From positions 120,110 through 184,109 of the forward strand of contig JADGRQ010000003.1 in NCBI GenBank assembly GCA_017880775.1: 64,000 nucleotides of DNA, given 5' to 3'. The notes beneath the pieces were generated by a model. That model saw nothing but the letters and a program-made list of their open reading frames with translations. It did no database searches and was not told where the DNA came from. This document shows, in pieces, positions 1 to 10,627 of the stretch (position 1 is its first letter; every line of letters starts with the position of its first letter). A program made the position numbers and the translations under genes. This stretch comes from Burkholderiales bacterium (GTDB lineage Bacteria; Pseudomonadota; Gammaproteobacteria; Burkholderiales; SG8-39).

Positions 1-399
1 AATCTGTTTTACGCCGGCAAGCTCAAGGCGATGCCGGCGAAGCTGGTGTCCGACAACGGCAAGCACGTCGTCATCCGGCCGCTGGCGTATGTGAAGGAAG
101 ATGATCTTGCAGCCTATTCAGCGGTGAAGGGCTTTCCGATCATTCCCTGCACGCTGTGCGGCTCGCAGGACAACCTGCAAAGGCAGGTCGTGCGCGAAAT
201 GCTGCGCCAATGGGAGAAGCTGCACCCGGGGCGCGTCGCGTCGATCCTGCGAGCGATGTCGGATGTGCGGCCGTCGCACCTGATGGACCGCAAGCTGTTC
301 GATTTTATCGGGCTCAAGCCGACCGGGGTGGAAGACGCTGACGGGGACCGGGCCTTCGATCCCGAGGAACTCGGCGAGCCTTTGTTTGCCGAAGCCTAG
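1..399 (+). CDS. ttcA: tRNA 2-thiocytidine(32) synthetase TtcA, C-terminal part (5' end outside window)
   Basis: Frame 1 from nt 1 reads [35 protein letters not shown]...[16 protein letters not shown], the conserved TtcA C-terminal region. Stop TAG 397-399. Confidence 0.85.
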   Translation, partial: NLFYAGKLKAMPAKLVSDNGKHVVIRPLAYVKEDDLAAYSAVKGFPIIPCTLCGSQDNLQRQVVREMLRQWEKLHPGRVASILRAMSDVRPSHLMDRKLFDFIGLKPTGVEDADGDRAFDPEELGEPLFAEA

Positions 400-1146
400 G
401 TGAGCCTGCGCGTCCTTCGAATTGTCAGCTGGTCCGTCTTCGCAGGTTTCCTGGCGCTGGTTCTCTCGGCGGGGGTCCGGGGGCAGGACTGGCGCACCGC
501 GAGCCACGAGCCGGTCGGCCTTGCGCCCGATCCATTGGAAACAACGGAGCCGGTGGTACAGGTCTACGCGGCGCGCACCTGGGGCTGGCGCGGCGCCTTC
601 GGCGTGCATACCTGGGTCGCGGTCAAGCCGGCCGATGCGAAGACCTATACCGTATACGAAGTGATCGGCTGGCGGCTGCGCTCGAGCGGCTCGGCGCTGG
701 TGATCAGCCAGCGCGCGCCGGACGCGCGCTGGTTCGGTAATGCGCCCGAGTTGCTGGCGGACAAGCGCGGTAAAGGGGTGGGCGAATTGATTGCGAAGGT
801 CGAGCGCGCCGTACACGAGTACCCCTATGCCGATGAGTACACCGCCTGGCCGGGCCCCAATTCCAACACCTTCGTCGCCTGGATAACCCGCGCGGTGCCT
901 GAGCTGCAGGTGGGCCTGCCGTCCACCGCGATCGGCAAGGACTACCTCGGCGACAGGCTATTCGCATCCGCCCCCAGCGGCAGCGGCTTCCAGCTCTCGC
1001 TCGGCGGGCTGCTCGCCGTCACCGCGAGCGGCGTCGAGGGCATCGAGCTCAACATTCTGGGGCTGACCTTCGGAATCGACCCTTTCGATCCGGCGATCAA
1101 GCTGCCGTTGGTCGGGCGGCTGGGTGCGCAAAAATCCGCACGGTAA
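400..1146 (+). CDS. DUF3750 family protein with N-terminal TM/signal segment
   Basis: 248-aa ORF with GTG start directly after the ttcA stop. The motif run VQVYAARTWGWRGAFGVHTWVAVKP...YEVIGWR is typical of DUF3750. Confidence 0.6.
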   Translation: MSLRVLRIVSWSVFAGFLALVLSAGVRGQDWRTASHEPVGLAPDPLETTEPVVQVYAARTWGWRGAFGVHTWVAVKPADAKTYTVYEVIGWRLRSSGSALVISQRAPDARWFGNAPELLADKRGKGVGELIAKVERAVHEYPYADEYTAWPGPNSNTFVAWITRAVPELQVGLPSTAIGKDYLGDRLFASAPSGSGFQLSLGGLLAVTASGVEGIELNILGLTFGIDPFDPAIKLPLVGRLGAQKSAR

Positions 1147-1179
1147 CGGTCGCTGTCGGGTCGCGTTCCAAAGGCCAGC

Positions 1180-1208
1180 TTGTCAACCGTACCTTGACAG
1201 GCTAGACT
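1180..1208 (+). promoter_or_regulatory. sigma-70-like promoter TTGTCA-N17-TAGACT embedded in inverted repeats
   Basis: TTGTCA 1180-1185, 17-nt spacer, TAGACT 1203-1208. Flanked by the 9-bp perfect inverted repeat CCAGCTTGT (1175-1183) / ACAAGCTGG (1210-1218), with an inner TTGTCAA / TTGACAG imperfect repeat. Confidence 0.35.
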
Positions 1209-1226
1209 TACAAGCTGGATCGATCC

Positions 1227-1487
1227 ATGAACTGCGCACAGCAACTCGTCGAGCTTTTCGGCAGTCAGGCGGATGTCGCGCGCGCGTTCCAGCTCGACCG
1301 CGCGGTGGTCAATCACTGGGTCAAGATCGGTTACGTGCCCGCCCGCTGGGCCGGCGAGGTCGAGCGCGTTACCGGAGGGAAAGTCTCCGCCGTCGAAGTG
1401 CTGAACGAAGCCAGTGCCGTCAACCCCGTGCGCGTGAAGTCGCGGCCCGACGACGCGCCGTTCGGAATCCAACCAGGACAGGACGCC
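1227..1487 (+). CDS. Cro/YdaS-like helix-turn-helix module, in frame with the downstream aminotransferase (no stop codon)
   Basis: aa 1-60 (MNCAQQLVELFGSQADVARAFQLDRAVVNHWVKIGYVPARWAGEVERVTGGKVSAVEVL) match the YdaS/Cro HTH pattern (GSQ..LA..L......V..W.....VPA......E..TGG.V). A 27-aa linker follows, then Met88 at 1488. Confidence 0.55.
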
Positions 1488-2726
1488 ATGAATACCTACG
1501 CCCCCTCGAAGCGCATCCATTCGTTCCACCCGCCGCAGCGCACGCTGATGGGGCCCGGCCCGACCGAGATCCACCCGCGCGTGCTCACCACCATGAGCCA
1601 GCCGGCGATCGGCTACCTCGACCCGGTCTTCGTCGAGATGATGGAAGAGCTGAAGTCGCTGTTGCGCTACGTCTATCAGACGAAGAACCCGCTCACCTTC
1701 CCGATTTCGGGCCCCGGCTCGGTCGGCATGGAGTACTGCTTCGTGAACATGGTTGCGCCCGGCGACAAGGTGGTGGTTTGCGTGAATGGCGTATTCGGCG
1801 GGCGCATGTTGGAGAACGTGATCCGCTGCGGCGGTGTGCCGGTGGTGGTCGAGGACACGTGGGGCACGCCGGTCGACCCGCAGAAGCTTGAGGACGCGCT
1901 GAAGAAGAACAAGGACACGAAAGTCGTGGCGTTCGTGCAAGCGGAAACATCCACCGGCTGCCAGTCCGATGCCCGGCTGCTGACCCAGATCGCGCACAAG
2001 CACGGCGCGCTGGTGATCGTGGACGCGGTGACTTCGCTTGGCGGCACGCCGGTGAAGGTGGACGAGTGGGAAATCGACGCGATCTACTCCGCGAGCCAGA
2101 AGTGCCTGTCGTGCACGCCCGGACTTTCGCCGGTGTCGTTCTCCGAGGCAGTGGTCGAGCGCGTAAAAAAGAGAAAGGACAGGATCCACAGCTGGTTCAT
2201 GGACATGAACCTGCTGCTCGGCTACTGGGGCGCGACCACGCGCACCTACCATCACACCGCGCCGACGAATTCGCTGTTTGCGTTGCACGAGGCGCTGCTG
2301 CTGATCCGTGAGGAAGGGCTGGAGAATTCCTGGGCGCGCCACCAGCGCCATCACGTCGCGCTGAAGGCCGGGCTCGAGGCCATGGGCATGAAGTTCCTGG
2401 TAGCCGAGAAGAACCAGCTGCCGCAGATGAATGCCGTGTACTGCCCCGCCGGCGTTGCCGAAGCCGAGGTGAGGAAAACGCTGCTGACCGAGTTCGGCCT
2501 GGAGATCGGCGCCGGACTGGGGCCGCTTGCCGGCAAGATCTGGCGCTTCGGCCTGATGGGCTACTCGTGCCGCCCGGACAACGTGATGCTGTGCCTGTCG
2601 GCGCTCGGCTCGGTCCTTTCAGACATGGGGTTGCCCGTGCACGTCGGCGATGCTGAAGCCGCGGCGCACGGCGCCTACGCGCAGATGCATGCGAAGGACG
2701 CGCAGAGGAAGAAGCGCGCGGCCTGA
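1488..2726 (+). CDS. class-V pyridoxal-phosphate aminotransferase (alanine/serine-glyoxylate aminotransferase family)
   Basis: 412 aa from ATG 1488, with AGGA-rich SD at 1474-1483. Has the family N-terminus LMGPGPTEIHPRVLTTM, plus IVDAVTSLGG and YSASQKCLS (PLP lysine context). The ORF is open upstream to 1227. Confidence 0.85.
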   Translation: MNTYAPSKRIHSFHPPQRTLMGPGPTEIHPRVLTTMSQPAIGYLDPVFVEMMEELKSLLRYVYQTKNPLTFPISGPGSVGMEYCFVNMVAPGDKVVVCVNGVFGGRMLENVIRCGGVPVVVEDTWGTPVDPQKLEDALKKNKDTKVVAFVQAETSTGCQSDARLLTQIAHKHGALVIVDAVTSLGGTPVKVDEWEIDAIYSASQKCLSCTPGLSPVSFSEAVVERVKKRKDRIHSWFMDMNLLLGYWGATTRTYHHTAPTNSLFALHEALLLIREEGLENSWARHQRHHVALKAGLEAMGMKFLVAEKNQLPQMNAVYCPAGVAEAEVRKTLLTEFGLEIGAGLGPLAGKIWRFGLMGYSCRPDNVMLCLSALGSVLSDMGLPVHVGDAEAAAHGAYAQMHAKDAQRKKRAA

Positions 2727-2730
2727 GTCG

Positions 2731-2744
2731 GCCGGCGCGCCGGC
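2731..2744. terminator. GC palindrome between convergent genes (possible bidirectional terminator stem)
   Basis: GCCGGCGCGCCGGC is a perfect 14-bp palindrome. It lies between the aminotransferase stop (2724-2726) and the metF stop (2746-2748). No clear U-tract. Confidence 0.3.
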
Positions 2745-2745
2745 G

Positions 2746-3593
2746 TTAATCCGCGGCGTTCAATCCGAGGCGTTCCCAGATCGTGGAGGTCAACCCGGCC
2801 TGGTTGAGCGTATAGAAATGCAGCCCCGGCGCGCCTGCCGAGAGCAGCCGGTCGCACAACGCCGTTACCACGTCGAGCCCGCAGGCGCGGATCGACGCGG
2901 CATCGTCGCGATAGCCCTCTAGCTTGATGCGCAGCCAGCGCGGGATCTCCGCGCCGCAGGCATCGGAAAATCGCGCGAGCTGCGAGAAGTTGCCGATCGG
3001 CATGATGCCCGGAACGATCGGGATCGAGATTCCGGCAGCCTCGCACTCGTCCACGAAGCGGAAGTATGCGTCCGGGTTGTAGAAGTACTGCGTCATCGCC
3101 GCGTTGGCCCCGGCGTCGATCTTGCGCTTGAAATTGCGGATTTCGTCAGGTGCGTTGCGGGTCTGCGGGTGGTATTCGGGATAGCAGCCGACTTCGATGT
3201 TGAACCAGTCGCCGGTGGTCTCGCGGATGAAGGCAACCAGTTCGTTGGCGTAGCGCAGCTCGCCCGCCATCGCCACTCCCGATGGCAGGTCGCCGCGCAA
3301 GGCGACGATGTGGCGGATGCCGTTGGCCTTGTAGTTCTCGAGAATCGCGGCGATATCAGCCTTGCTGGACGCGACGCACGACAGATGCGGTGCGGCTTCG
3401 TGCCCCGCGCTGCGAATTTCGAGCACTGTCTCGATTGTGCCTTGCTGCGTCGAGCCGCCCGCGCCAAAGGTCACCGAGAAAAAGCGCGGTTGAAGCTGCG
3501 CGAGCTGCTGCCAGGTGGTGCGCAGCTTCGCTTTGCCTTGGGGCGTCTTCGGCGGGAAGAACTCGAAGCTGAATGCGCGCGGGTGCTGCTTCA

Positions 3594-3594
<1 letters not shown>
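2746..3594 (-). CDS. metF: 5,10-methylenetetrahydrofolate reductase
   Basis: From Met64 of the listed ORF: MKQHPRAFSFEFFPPKTPQG...GIRHIVALRGD, canonical MetF. Its ATG (3594-3592) overlaps the ahcY TGA by 1 nt (TGATG). Confidence 0.9.
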
Positions 3595-5018
<1,424 letters not shown>

Positions 5019-5031
5019 GAAAGCGACTCCC

Positions 5032-5069
5032 AAAAAAGATAAACGCCCGCACCGTTTCCGGTGCGAGCG
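5032..5069 (-). terminator. intrinsic terminator forming the riboswitch expression platform
   Basis: Minus-strand RNA CGCUCGCACCG-GAAA-CGGUGCGGGCG followed by UUUAUCUUUUUU. The 5' arm overlaps the conserved 3' GGCGCUC of the SAH aptamer. Confidence 0.55.
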
Positions 5070-5128
5070 CCGTTGTAGGTTGCTGAGCCTGGCCGGGCGG
5101 AATCCCGGTCGCAGCGCCCCTCAGCAGG
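5058..5128 (-). promoter_or_regulatory. SAH riboswitch (S-adenosylhomocysteine aptamer) in the ahcY-metF leader
   Basis: Minus-strand RNA GCUGAGGGGCGCUGCGACCGGGAUUCCGCCCGGCCAGGCUCAGCAACCUACAACGGCGCUCGC matches the SAH-riboswitch signature (GAGGnGCGCUGCGAC ... CAGGCUC ... AACGGCGCUC). A TATAAT -10 box on the minus strand at 5139-5134 sits just upstream. Confidence 0.8.
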
Positions 5129-5142
5129 CGCGGATTATAACG

Positions 5143-6303
5143 CTAGGCGGCGGCTTTCAGCGCCAGCGCCTTGTCCGTGGCTTCCCAGGTGAATTCCGGT
5201 TCGTCGCGGCCGAAGTGGCCGTAGGCGGCGGTCTTCTCGTAGATCGGGCGCAGCAGGTCCAGCATGTGGATGATCCCCTTGGGCCGCAGGTCGAAGTTGG
5301 CCCGCACCAGACTGGAGAGCGCCTCATCCGAAATTTTTCCCGTGCCCTGCGTGGTCACCATCACGCTGGTAGGCTGCGCCATGCCGATCGCGTAGGACAC
5401 CTGCACCAGGCATTGGGTCGCAAGACCCGCCGCGACGATGTTCTTCGCGACGTAGCGCGCCGCATAGGCCGCTGAACGGTCCACCTTGGAGGGGTCCTTG
5501 CCGGAGAATGCGCCGCCTCCGTGCGGAGCCGAACCGCCGTAAGTGTCCACGATGATCTTGCGCCCGGTGAGACCGCAGTCGCCTTTGGGCCCGCCGATCT
5601 CGAAAGCGCCCGTCGGGTTGACCAGGTACTTGATATCGCCCTTCACGAGTTCCTTGGGCAGCACCGGCTTGATGATGGTCTCGACCACCGCTTCCTTGAT
5701 CTGTTCATGGGTCAGTCCCGCCCGGTGCTGGGTGGAGAGCACCACCGTCTCGATCGAATGGGGCCTGCCGTTGACATAGCGGATGGTGACCTGCGACTTC
5801 GCGTCCGGGCGCAGCCAGGAAAGCCTGCCGTCGCGGCGCACCTCCGACTGGCGCTCGACCAGGCGGTGCGCAAGCCAGATCGGCAGCGGCATCAGTCCCG
5901 GCGTCTCGTCGCAGGCGTAGCCGAACATCAGGCCCTGGTCACCGGCGCCCTGATCGAGATCCAGCCCGCTTCCCTCGTTGACGCCTTGCGCGATGTGTTG
6001 CGACTGCTCGCCGTAGGCCACCAGCACCGTGCAGGTGTCGGCGTCGAAACCGATCGCCGGATCGGTGTAGCCGATGCGCTTGATGGTCTTGCGCGCGATC
6101 TCCCGGTAGTCGATGTGCTGCGCACCAGTGGTGATCTCGCCGGCGAGGACCACGAGATTGTCCTTCACCAGAGTCTCGGCCGCGACGCGCGAGCGGGGGT
6201 CCTGGGCTAAAATGGCATCGAGTATCGCGTCCGAAATCTGGTCCGCAACCTTGTCCGGGTGTCCCTCGGAGACCGACTCGGAGGTGAAAAGAAATTCGCT
6301 CAT
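5143..6303 (-). CDS. metK: S-adenosylmethionine synthase
   Basis: From Met40 of the listed ORF: [32 protein letters not shown]...[19 protein letters not shown]. Confidence 0.95.
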   Translation of the reverse strand: MSEFLFTSESVSEGHPDKVADQISDAILDAILAQDPRSRVAAETLVKDNLVVLAGEITTGAQHIDYREIARKTIKRIGYTDPAIGFDADTCTVLVAYGEQSQHIAQGVNEGSGLDLDQGAGDQGLMFGYACDETPGLMPLPIWLAHRLVERQSEVRRDGRLSWLRPDAKSQVTIRYVNGRPHSIETVVLSTQHRAGLTHEQIKEAVVETIIKPVLPKELVKGDIKYLVNPTGAFEIGGPKGDCGLTGRKIIVDTYGGSAPHGGGAFSGKDPSKVDRSAAYAARYVAKNIVAAGLATQCLVQVSYAIGMAQPTSVMVTTQGTGKISDEALSSLVRANFDLRPKGIIHMLDLLRPIYEKTAAYGHFGRDEPEFTWEATDKALALKAAA

Positions 6304-6440
6304 TGCGTGGCCGCCTCTGCAAGCGTTGTGGTGGCTGGGACGGGTGGAAAAAAGGGTTGCAAGGATACCAGAGCTTGCCTGTCTCCAATAGCGTATCGCC
6401 GGCCCCGCGGGTGTCAACAAATGTCATCGCGCGCGCGCTG

Positions 6441-7307
6441 ATGCAGCTGGCGGCGCGTCTGCCACTCGCCGTCCTGCATGCGTCCGGTACGGCACTCGGC
6501 TGGGCGATATACGCGCTCTCGCCGCGCTACCGAAAGCATCTGCGCGAGAACCTCGACGCCGCCGGCTATCGCGACGCGGCGACGCGCCGCGCCGCGATAG
6601 CGGAAGCGGGCAAGATGATCACCGAACTGCCCGCGCTGTGGCTGCTGCCGCACGCCGAGGTCGCCGCGCTGGTGCGCGAAGTGCAGGGCTGGGAACTGGT
6701 CGAGGCGGCACGCGCAGCGGGGCGCGGCATCGTGTTTCTGACTCCGCATCTGGGTTCGTTCGAAATCAGCGCGCTGTACACGACCGTGCAGATCCCGATG
6801 ACGATCCTCTACCGCCCGCCCAAGATCGCCTGGATCGAGCCGTTCATGCGCGCGGGGCGCGAACGGCCGAACGTCACGCTCGCCACGCCGGACCTGAGGG
6901 GCGTGCGCAAACTGCTCGACGCGCTCAAGCGCCGCGAGACCATCGGGATCCTGCCCGACCAGGTGCCGGGCCAGGGCGAAGGGGAGTGGGCCGAGTTCTT
7001 CGGCCGGCCAGCCTACACCATGTCGCTCGCGAACAAACTCGCTGCGCGCGATGACGCGGTTTGCCTGATCGCGTTCGCCGAGCGACTGCCCGCCGGCGCC
7101 GGCTATGCGCTTTCAGTCCGGCCGTTTCCCGCGCCGCTGCCCGGCGAGAGCGAAACGCGAACGCTCAACCGCGCGATCGAAGCGTTGATCCGCGAGCGGC
7201 CGCAGCAGTATCTCTGGGGCTACAACCGCTACAAGACGCCGGCACGCGTGGCGCAAGCGTCGGCGGACCGCGGCGCAGGCGTTTCTGGATCGCGCGGAGC
7301 GCGATGA
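6441..7307 (+). CDS. lipid A biosynthesis lauroyl/late acyltransferase (LpxL/HtrB family), copy 1
   Basis: MQLAARLPLAVLHASGTALGWAIY...FLTPHLGSFE...ILPDQVP...QYLWGYNRYK. Start could also be GTG 6411. Confidence 0.8.
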   Translation: MQLAARLPLAVLHASGTALGWAIYALSPRYRKHLRENLDAAGYRDAATRRAAIAEAGKMITELPALWLLPHAEVAALVREVQGWELVEAARAAGRGIVFLTPHLGSFEISALYTTVQIPMTILYRPPKIAWIEPFMRAGRERPNVTLATPDLRGVRKLLDALKRRETIGILPDQVPGQGEGEWAEFFGRPAYTMSLANKLAARDDAVCLIAFAERLPAGAGYALSVRPFPAPLPGESETRTLNRAIEALIRERPQQYLWGYNRYKTPARVAQASADRGAGVSGSRGAR

Positions 7308-8170
7308 GCCGGGTCATCGTCGCGTTGATGTGGCTGGCGCATTTCCTTCCGCTCGGACTGCTCGCCCGACTGGGCGAGGCCGTGGGCACTTCCCTGTTCT
7401 GGTTGATTCCCGAGCGCCGGCACGTTACGCGCGTGAATCTGGCCCGCTGCTTTCCGCTGATGCCGGAGCCCGATCGCGAGCGGCTGGCGCGCGCGCATTT
7501 CCGCGCGTTTGGCCGCAGCTTCGTCGAGCGTGGCCTGCTGTGGTGGGCGCCGCGTAGCCGCATCGAGCGTCTGGTGCGCATCGACGGGCTCGATCACCTG
7601 CGCGCGCTGCACGGCCGGCCGGTGATTCTTCTGGTGCCCCACTTCGTCGCATTGGATACCGGGGCGACGCGCCTGGCCTGCGAGATCGACGCCGTCGCGA
7701 TATTTGCCAATCAGAAGGACCCGCATTTCAGCGCGCTGTTGCGCCGCGGGCGAACCCGTTTCGGCGATCAGCGGCTCCTGTCGCGCCAGGACGGGTTGCG
7801 TGCCGCGATCGCCGACATACGCAACGGGCGCCCGTTCTTCTACCTTCCGGACCAGGACTATGGCGCCCGCGACGCGCTGTTCGTGCCGTTCTTCGGCGTG
7901 CCGGCGGCGACCATCACTGCATTGCCGCGGCTGGCGCGCATCACCGGGGCAAAGGTGCTGCCGGCGGTGACCCGCATCCTGCCAGGCGGTGGCGGATACG
8001 TTCTGACCATCGAGCCGCCATGGGCCGATTTCCCCAGCGGCGATCTCGCAGCCGACACGCGGCGCATGAACGCATATATCGAATCGCGGGTGCTGGAGAT
8101 GCCCGAGCAGTATCTCTGGATGCACAAGCGCTTCAAGACGCGCCCTTCGGGCGAGGCGCAGTTTTACTGA
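7304..8170 (+). CDS. lipid A biosynthesis late acyltransferase (LpxL/LpxM family), copy 2
   Basis: MSRVIVALMWLAHFLPLGLL...LLVPHFVALD...YLPDQDYG...QYLWMHKRFK. ATG 7304 overlaps the stop of copy 1 (ATGA). Confidence 0.8.
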   Translation: MSRVIVALMWLAHFLPLGLLARLGEAVGTSLFWLIPERRHVTRVNLARCFPLMPEPDRERLARAHFRAFGRSFVERGLLWWAPRSRIERLVRIDGLDHLRALHGRPVILLVPHFVALDTGATRLACEIDAVAIFANQKDPHFSALLRRGRTRFGDQRLLSRQDGLRAAIADIRNGRPFFYLPDQDYGARDALFVPFFGVPAATITALPRLARITGAKVLPAVTRILPGGGGYVLTIEPPWADFPSGDLAADTRRMNAYIESRVLEMPEQYLWMHKRFKTRPSGEAQFY

Positions 8171-8183
8171 GTATGATTTCCCG

Positions 8184-9155
8184 ATGAGAGACTTGCGCGC
8201 CGGAGTGATCGGGGTCGGCTACCTCGGCCGCTACCATGCCGAGAAGTACGCCGGATGCAAAGGCGTGAAACTCGTCGGCGTGGCCGACTCCGATGGGATG
8301 CGCGCCAAGGAGGTCGGCGCGGAACTGCACTGCGCGGCATTGCTCGATTACCGTGAGCTGCTGCCGCGCGTCGATCTGGTCTCGATCGCCGTGCCTACCG
8401 AGTCGCACTATGTCGTGGCGCTCGCCGCGATCGATGCCGGCGTGCACGTGCTGCTGGAAAAGCCGGTCACGCGCACGCTTGAGGAGGCTGACGCGCTGGT
8501 CGCGCTCGCGCGCGAGCGCGCCGTGCGTTTCGGCGCCGGGCATCTCGAGCGCTTCAACCCGGCCTTCCGCGCGCTCGAGAAGCAGCTCGACCGGCCGCTG
8601 TTCATCGACTGCGAGCGGCTGTCGGGCTTCAAGCAGCGCGGTACCGACGTCGACGTGGTGCTCGACCTGATGATCCATGACCTCGACCTCGTGCTCGCGA
8701 TGGTGCGCAGCGAACCGGTATCGGTCTCGGCCTGCGGGTTTGCGGTGCTCACCGATTCGATCGACATCGCCAACGCGCGCCTCGAGTTCGCCGACGGATG
8801 TGTCGCCAACCTGTCCGCCAGCCGGGTGTCGCAATCACCGGTGCGCAAGCTGCGCGTGTTCCAGACCGACCTGTACATCTCTGCCGACCTGCAGGCGGCG
8901 AAGCTGCGCGCGGTGCGCAAGGCGCCCGACGGCGCGCGCACCGTCGAGAACGAATCCGGATTTGACGGGGCCGACGCGTTGCGCGCCGAAATCGAGGCGT
9001 TCGTCAGCGCGGTGCGCGACGAGCGCGATCCGCCGGTGACCGGTGAGGACGGCCGGCGCGCGCTTGCCCTCGCGCTCGAAGTCGGCCGGTTGGTGCGCGA
9101 GCGGCTGACGCGGTTTTCCGCGGCCCGCGCGCCCGTGCGGTTGCAGGCACCGTGA
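8184..9155 (+). CDS. Gfo/Idh/MocA family NAD-dependent oxidoreductase
   Basis: N-terminal Rossmann motif [14 protein letters not shown]; EKP motif LLEKPV; HLERFNP and DLMIHDLDL motifs. Confidence 0.8.
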   Translation: MRDLRAGVIGVGYLGRYHAEKYAGCKGVKLVGVADSDGMRAKEVGAELHCAALLDYRELLPRVDLVSIAVPTESHYVVALAAIDAGVHVLLEKPVTRTLEEADALVALARERAVRFGAGHLERFNPAFRALEKQLDRPLFIDCERLSGFKQRGTDVDVVLDLMIHDLDLVLAMVRSEPVSVSACGFAVLTDSIDIANARLEFADGCVANLSASRVSQSPVRKLRVFQTDLYISADLQAAKLRAVRKAPDGARTVENESGFDGADALRAEIEAFVSAVRDERDPPVTGEDGRRALALALEVGRLVRERLTRFSAARAPVRLQAP

Positions 9156-9964
9156 AGCTCGCTTTCACGAAAATGCAGGGCGCGGGCAACGACTTCATCG
9201 TGCTCGATGCCTGCCACGCGCAGTTCGCGCTCGACGCCGGGCAGATCCGGCGGCTCGCCGACCGGCATTTCGGGGTCGGCTGCGACCAGCTGTTGGTCGT
9301 CGAACCGCCGACGCGGGAGGCGAGCGCCGCTGGGGCGGATTTCCGCTATCGCATCTTCAACGCCGACGGCGGCGAGGTCGAGCAGTGCGGCAACGGCGCG
9401 CGCTGCTTCGTGAAGTTCGTGCACGCAAAAGGCCTGACGACAAAGCGCGAGATCACCGTCGAGACGCTGGGCGGAATGATCCGTCCCAGGCTGGAGCAGG
9501 ACGGCGAAGTCTCGGTGGACATGGGCGCGCCGGTTCCGGAGCAGCCACTGCTGCAGACCATCGTGGTCGATGACGCGCCGGTCGAACTGGCGATTCTGTC
9601 GATCGGCAACCCGCATGCGGTGCAGCGCGTTGCGGACGTGAACGCCGCGCCGGTCGGCGTGCAGGGGGCGGCGATCGAGCACCATCCGCGATTCCCAAAG
9701 CGCGTCAACGCGGGCTTCATGCAGGTGCTCGATCCTCAGCGCATCGCACTGCGCGTCTACGAGCGTGGCGCGGGCGAGACGCTCGCGTGCGGCACCGGCG
9801 CTTGCGCGGCGGTGGTTTCGGGCATCCTGCGCGGGCTGCTGGTTTCGCCCGTAGCGGTCGAAACGCGGGGCGGCAGATTGACCATCGCTTGGCAGGGCGG
9901 CGACAATGCCGTATGGATGAAGGGCCCTGCGCAGACGGTGTACGAGGGCGTGGTGGAGATCTGA
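9152..9964 (+). CDS. dapF: diaminopimelate epimerase
   Basis: [20 protein letters not shown]...[18 protein letters not shown]...ACGTGACAA. GTG start overlaps the upstream stop. Confidence 0.9.
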   Translation: MKLAFTKMQGAGNDFIVLDACHAQFALDAGQIRRLADRHFGVGCDQLLVVEPPTREASAAGADFRYRIFNADGGEVEQCGNGARCFVKFVHAKGLTTKREITVETLGGMIRPRLEQDGEVSVDMGAPVPEQPLLQTIVVDDAPVELAILSIGNPHAVQRVADVNAAPVGVQGAAIEHHPRFPKRVNAGFMQVLDPQRIALRVYERGAGETLACGTGACAAVVSGILRGLLVSPVAVETRGGRLTIAWQGGDNAVWMKGPAQTVYEGVVEI

Positions 9965-9972
9965 AGACCGAC

Positions 9973-10617
9973 ATGAACGCCGACGACGTCGCGCACTTCC
10001 TCAAGGTTAATCCGGGGTTTTTCGACCAGCACCCGGGCCTGCTCGAGGCGATCTACGTCCCCCACCCGCACGGCGGCCGCGCGATCCCGTTGTCGGAGCG
10101 CCAGCTGGTCACGCTGCGCGAAAAATGCAAGCTGCTCGAGTCCAAGCTGTTCGAGTTGATCCGTTACGGCGAAGACAACGACGCTATCAGCGAGAAAGTC
10201 CATCGCCTCTCGATGGCGCTGCTCGGCGCGCGCGATTTCGCGGGTGCGGTGCGAGCGCTGTATTTTCATCTGCGCGAGGATTTCTCGGTTCCGCACGTGG
10301 CATTGCGCGTCTGGGGAAAGTCGCCGCCGGACGCAGCGCCCGAGGGCGCGCCGGTATCGGACGCACAGCGCGCCCGTGTCGAGTCGATGGTCGCGCCGCA
10401 GTGCGGCCCGGTCGCGAACGATGCCTTCGGCGACTGGTTCGGCGACGCGCGCGAGCACGTGCGTTCCTTTGCACTGGTTCCGCTCGGCGCCACCGCGAGG
10501 TTCGGGCTGCTCGCGCTCGGCAGCGAGGACGCGAAGCGTTTCTATCCGGAGATGGGCACGTTGTACCTGCGGCGCATCGGTGAATCCGTGACCGCTGCGC
10601 TCGCCGCGCGATTGTAG
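9973..10617 (+). CDS. DUF484 family protein (YigA-like)
   Basis: MNADDVAHFLKVNPGFFDQHPGLLEAIYVPHPHGGRAIPLSERQL. Sits in the conserved dapF-DUF484-xerC position. Confidence 0.8.
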   Translation: MNADDVAHFLKVNPGFFDQHPGLLEAIYVPHPHGGRAIPLSERQLVTLREKCKLLESKLFELIRYGEDNDAISEKVHRLSMALLGARDFAGAVRALYFHLREDFSVPHVALRVWGKSPPDAAPEGAPVSDAQRARVESMVAPQCGPVANDAFGDWFGDAREHVRSFALVPLGATARFGLLALGSEDAKRFYPEMGTLYLRRIGESVTAALAARL

Positions 10618-10627
10618 CCGCGGGGCC

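Noticed and set aside
6304-6410. Possible SAM-responsive riboswitch in the ~100-nt metK leader (promoter-like TTGACA at 6417-6412, pyrimidine tract CCCTTTTTTCC, GCAAGC/GCTTGC pairing)
   Set aside because: I could not match it to the SAM-I, SAM-II, SAM-V or SAM/SAH signatures from memory. The pairing is short. A covariance-model scan is needed before any claim.
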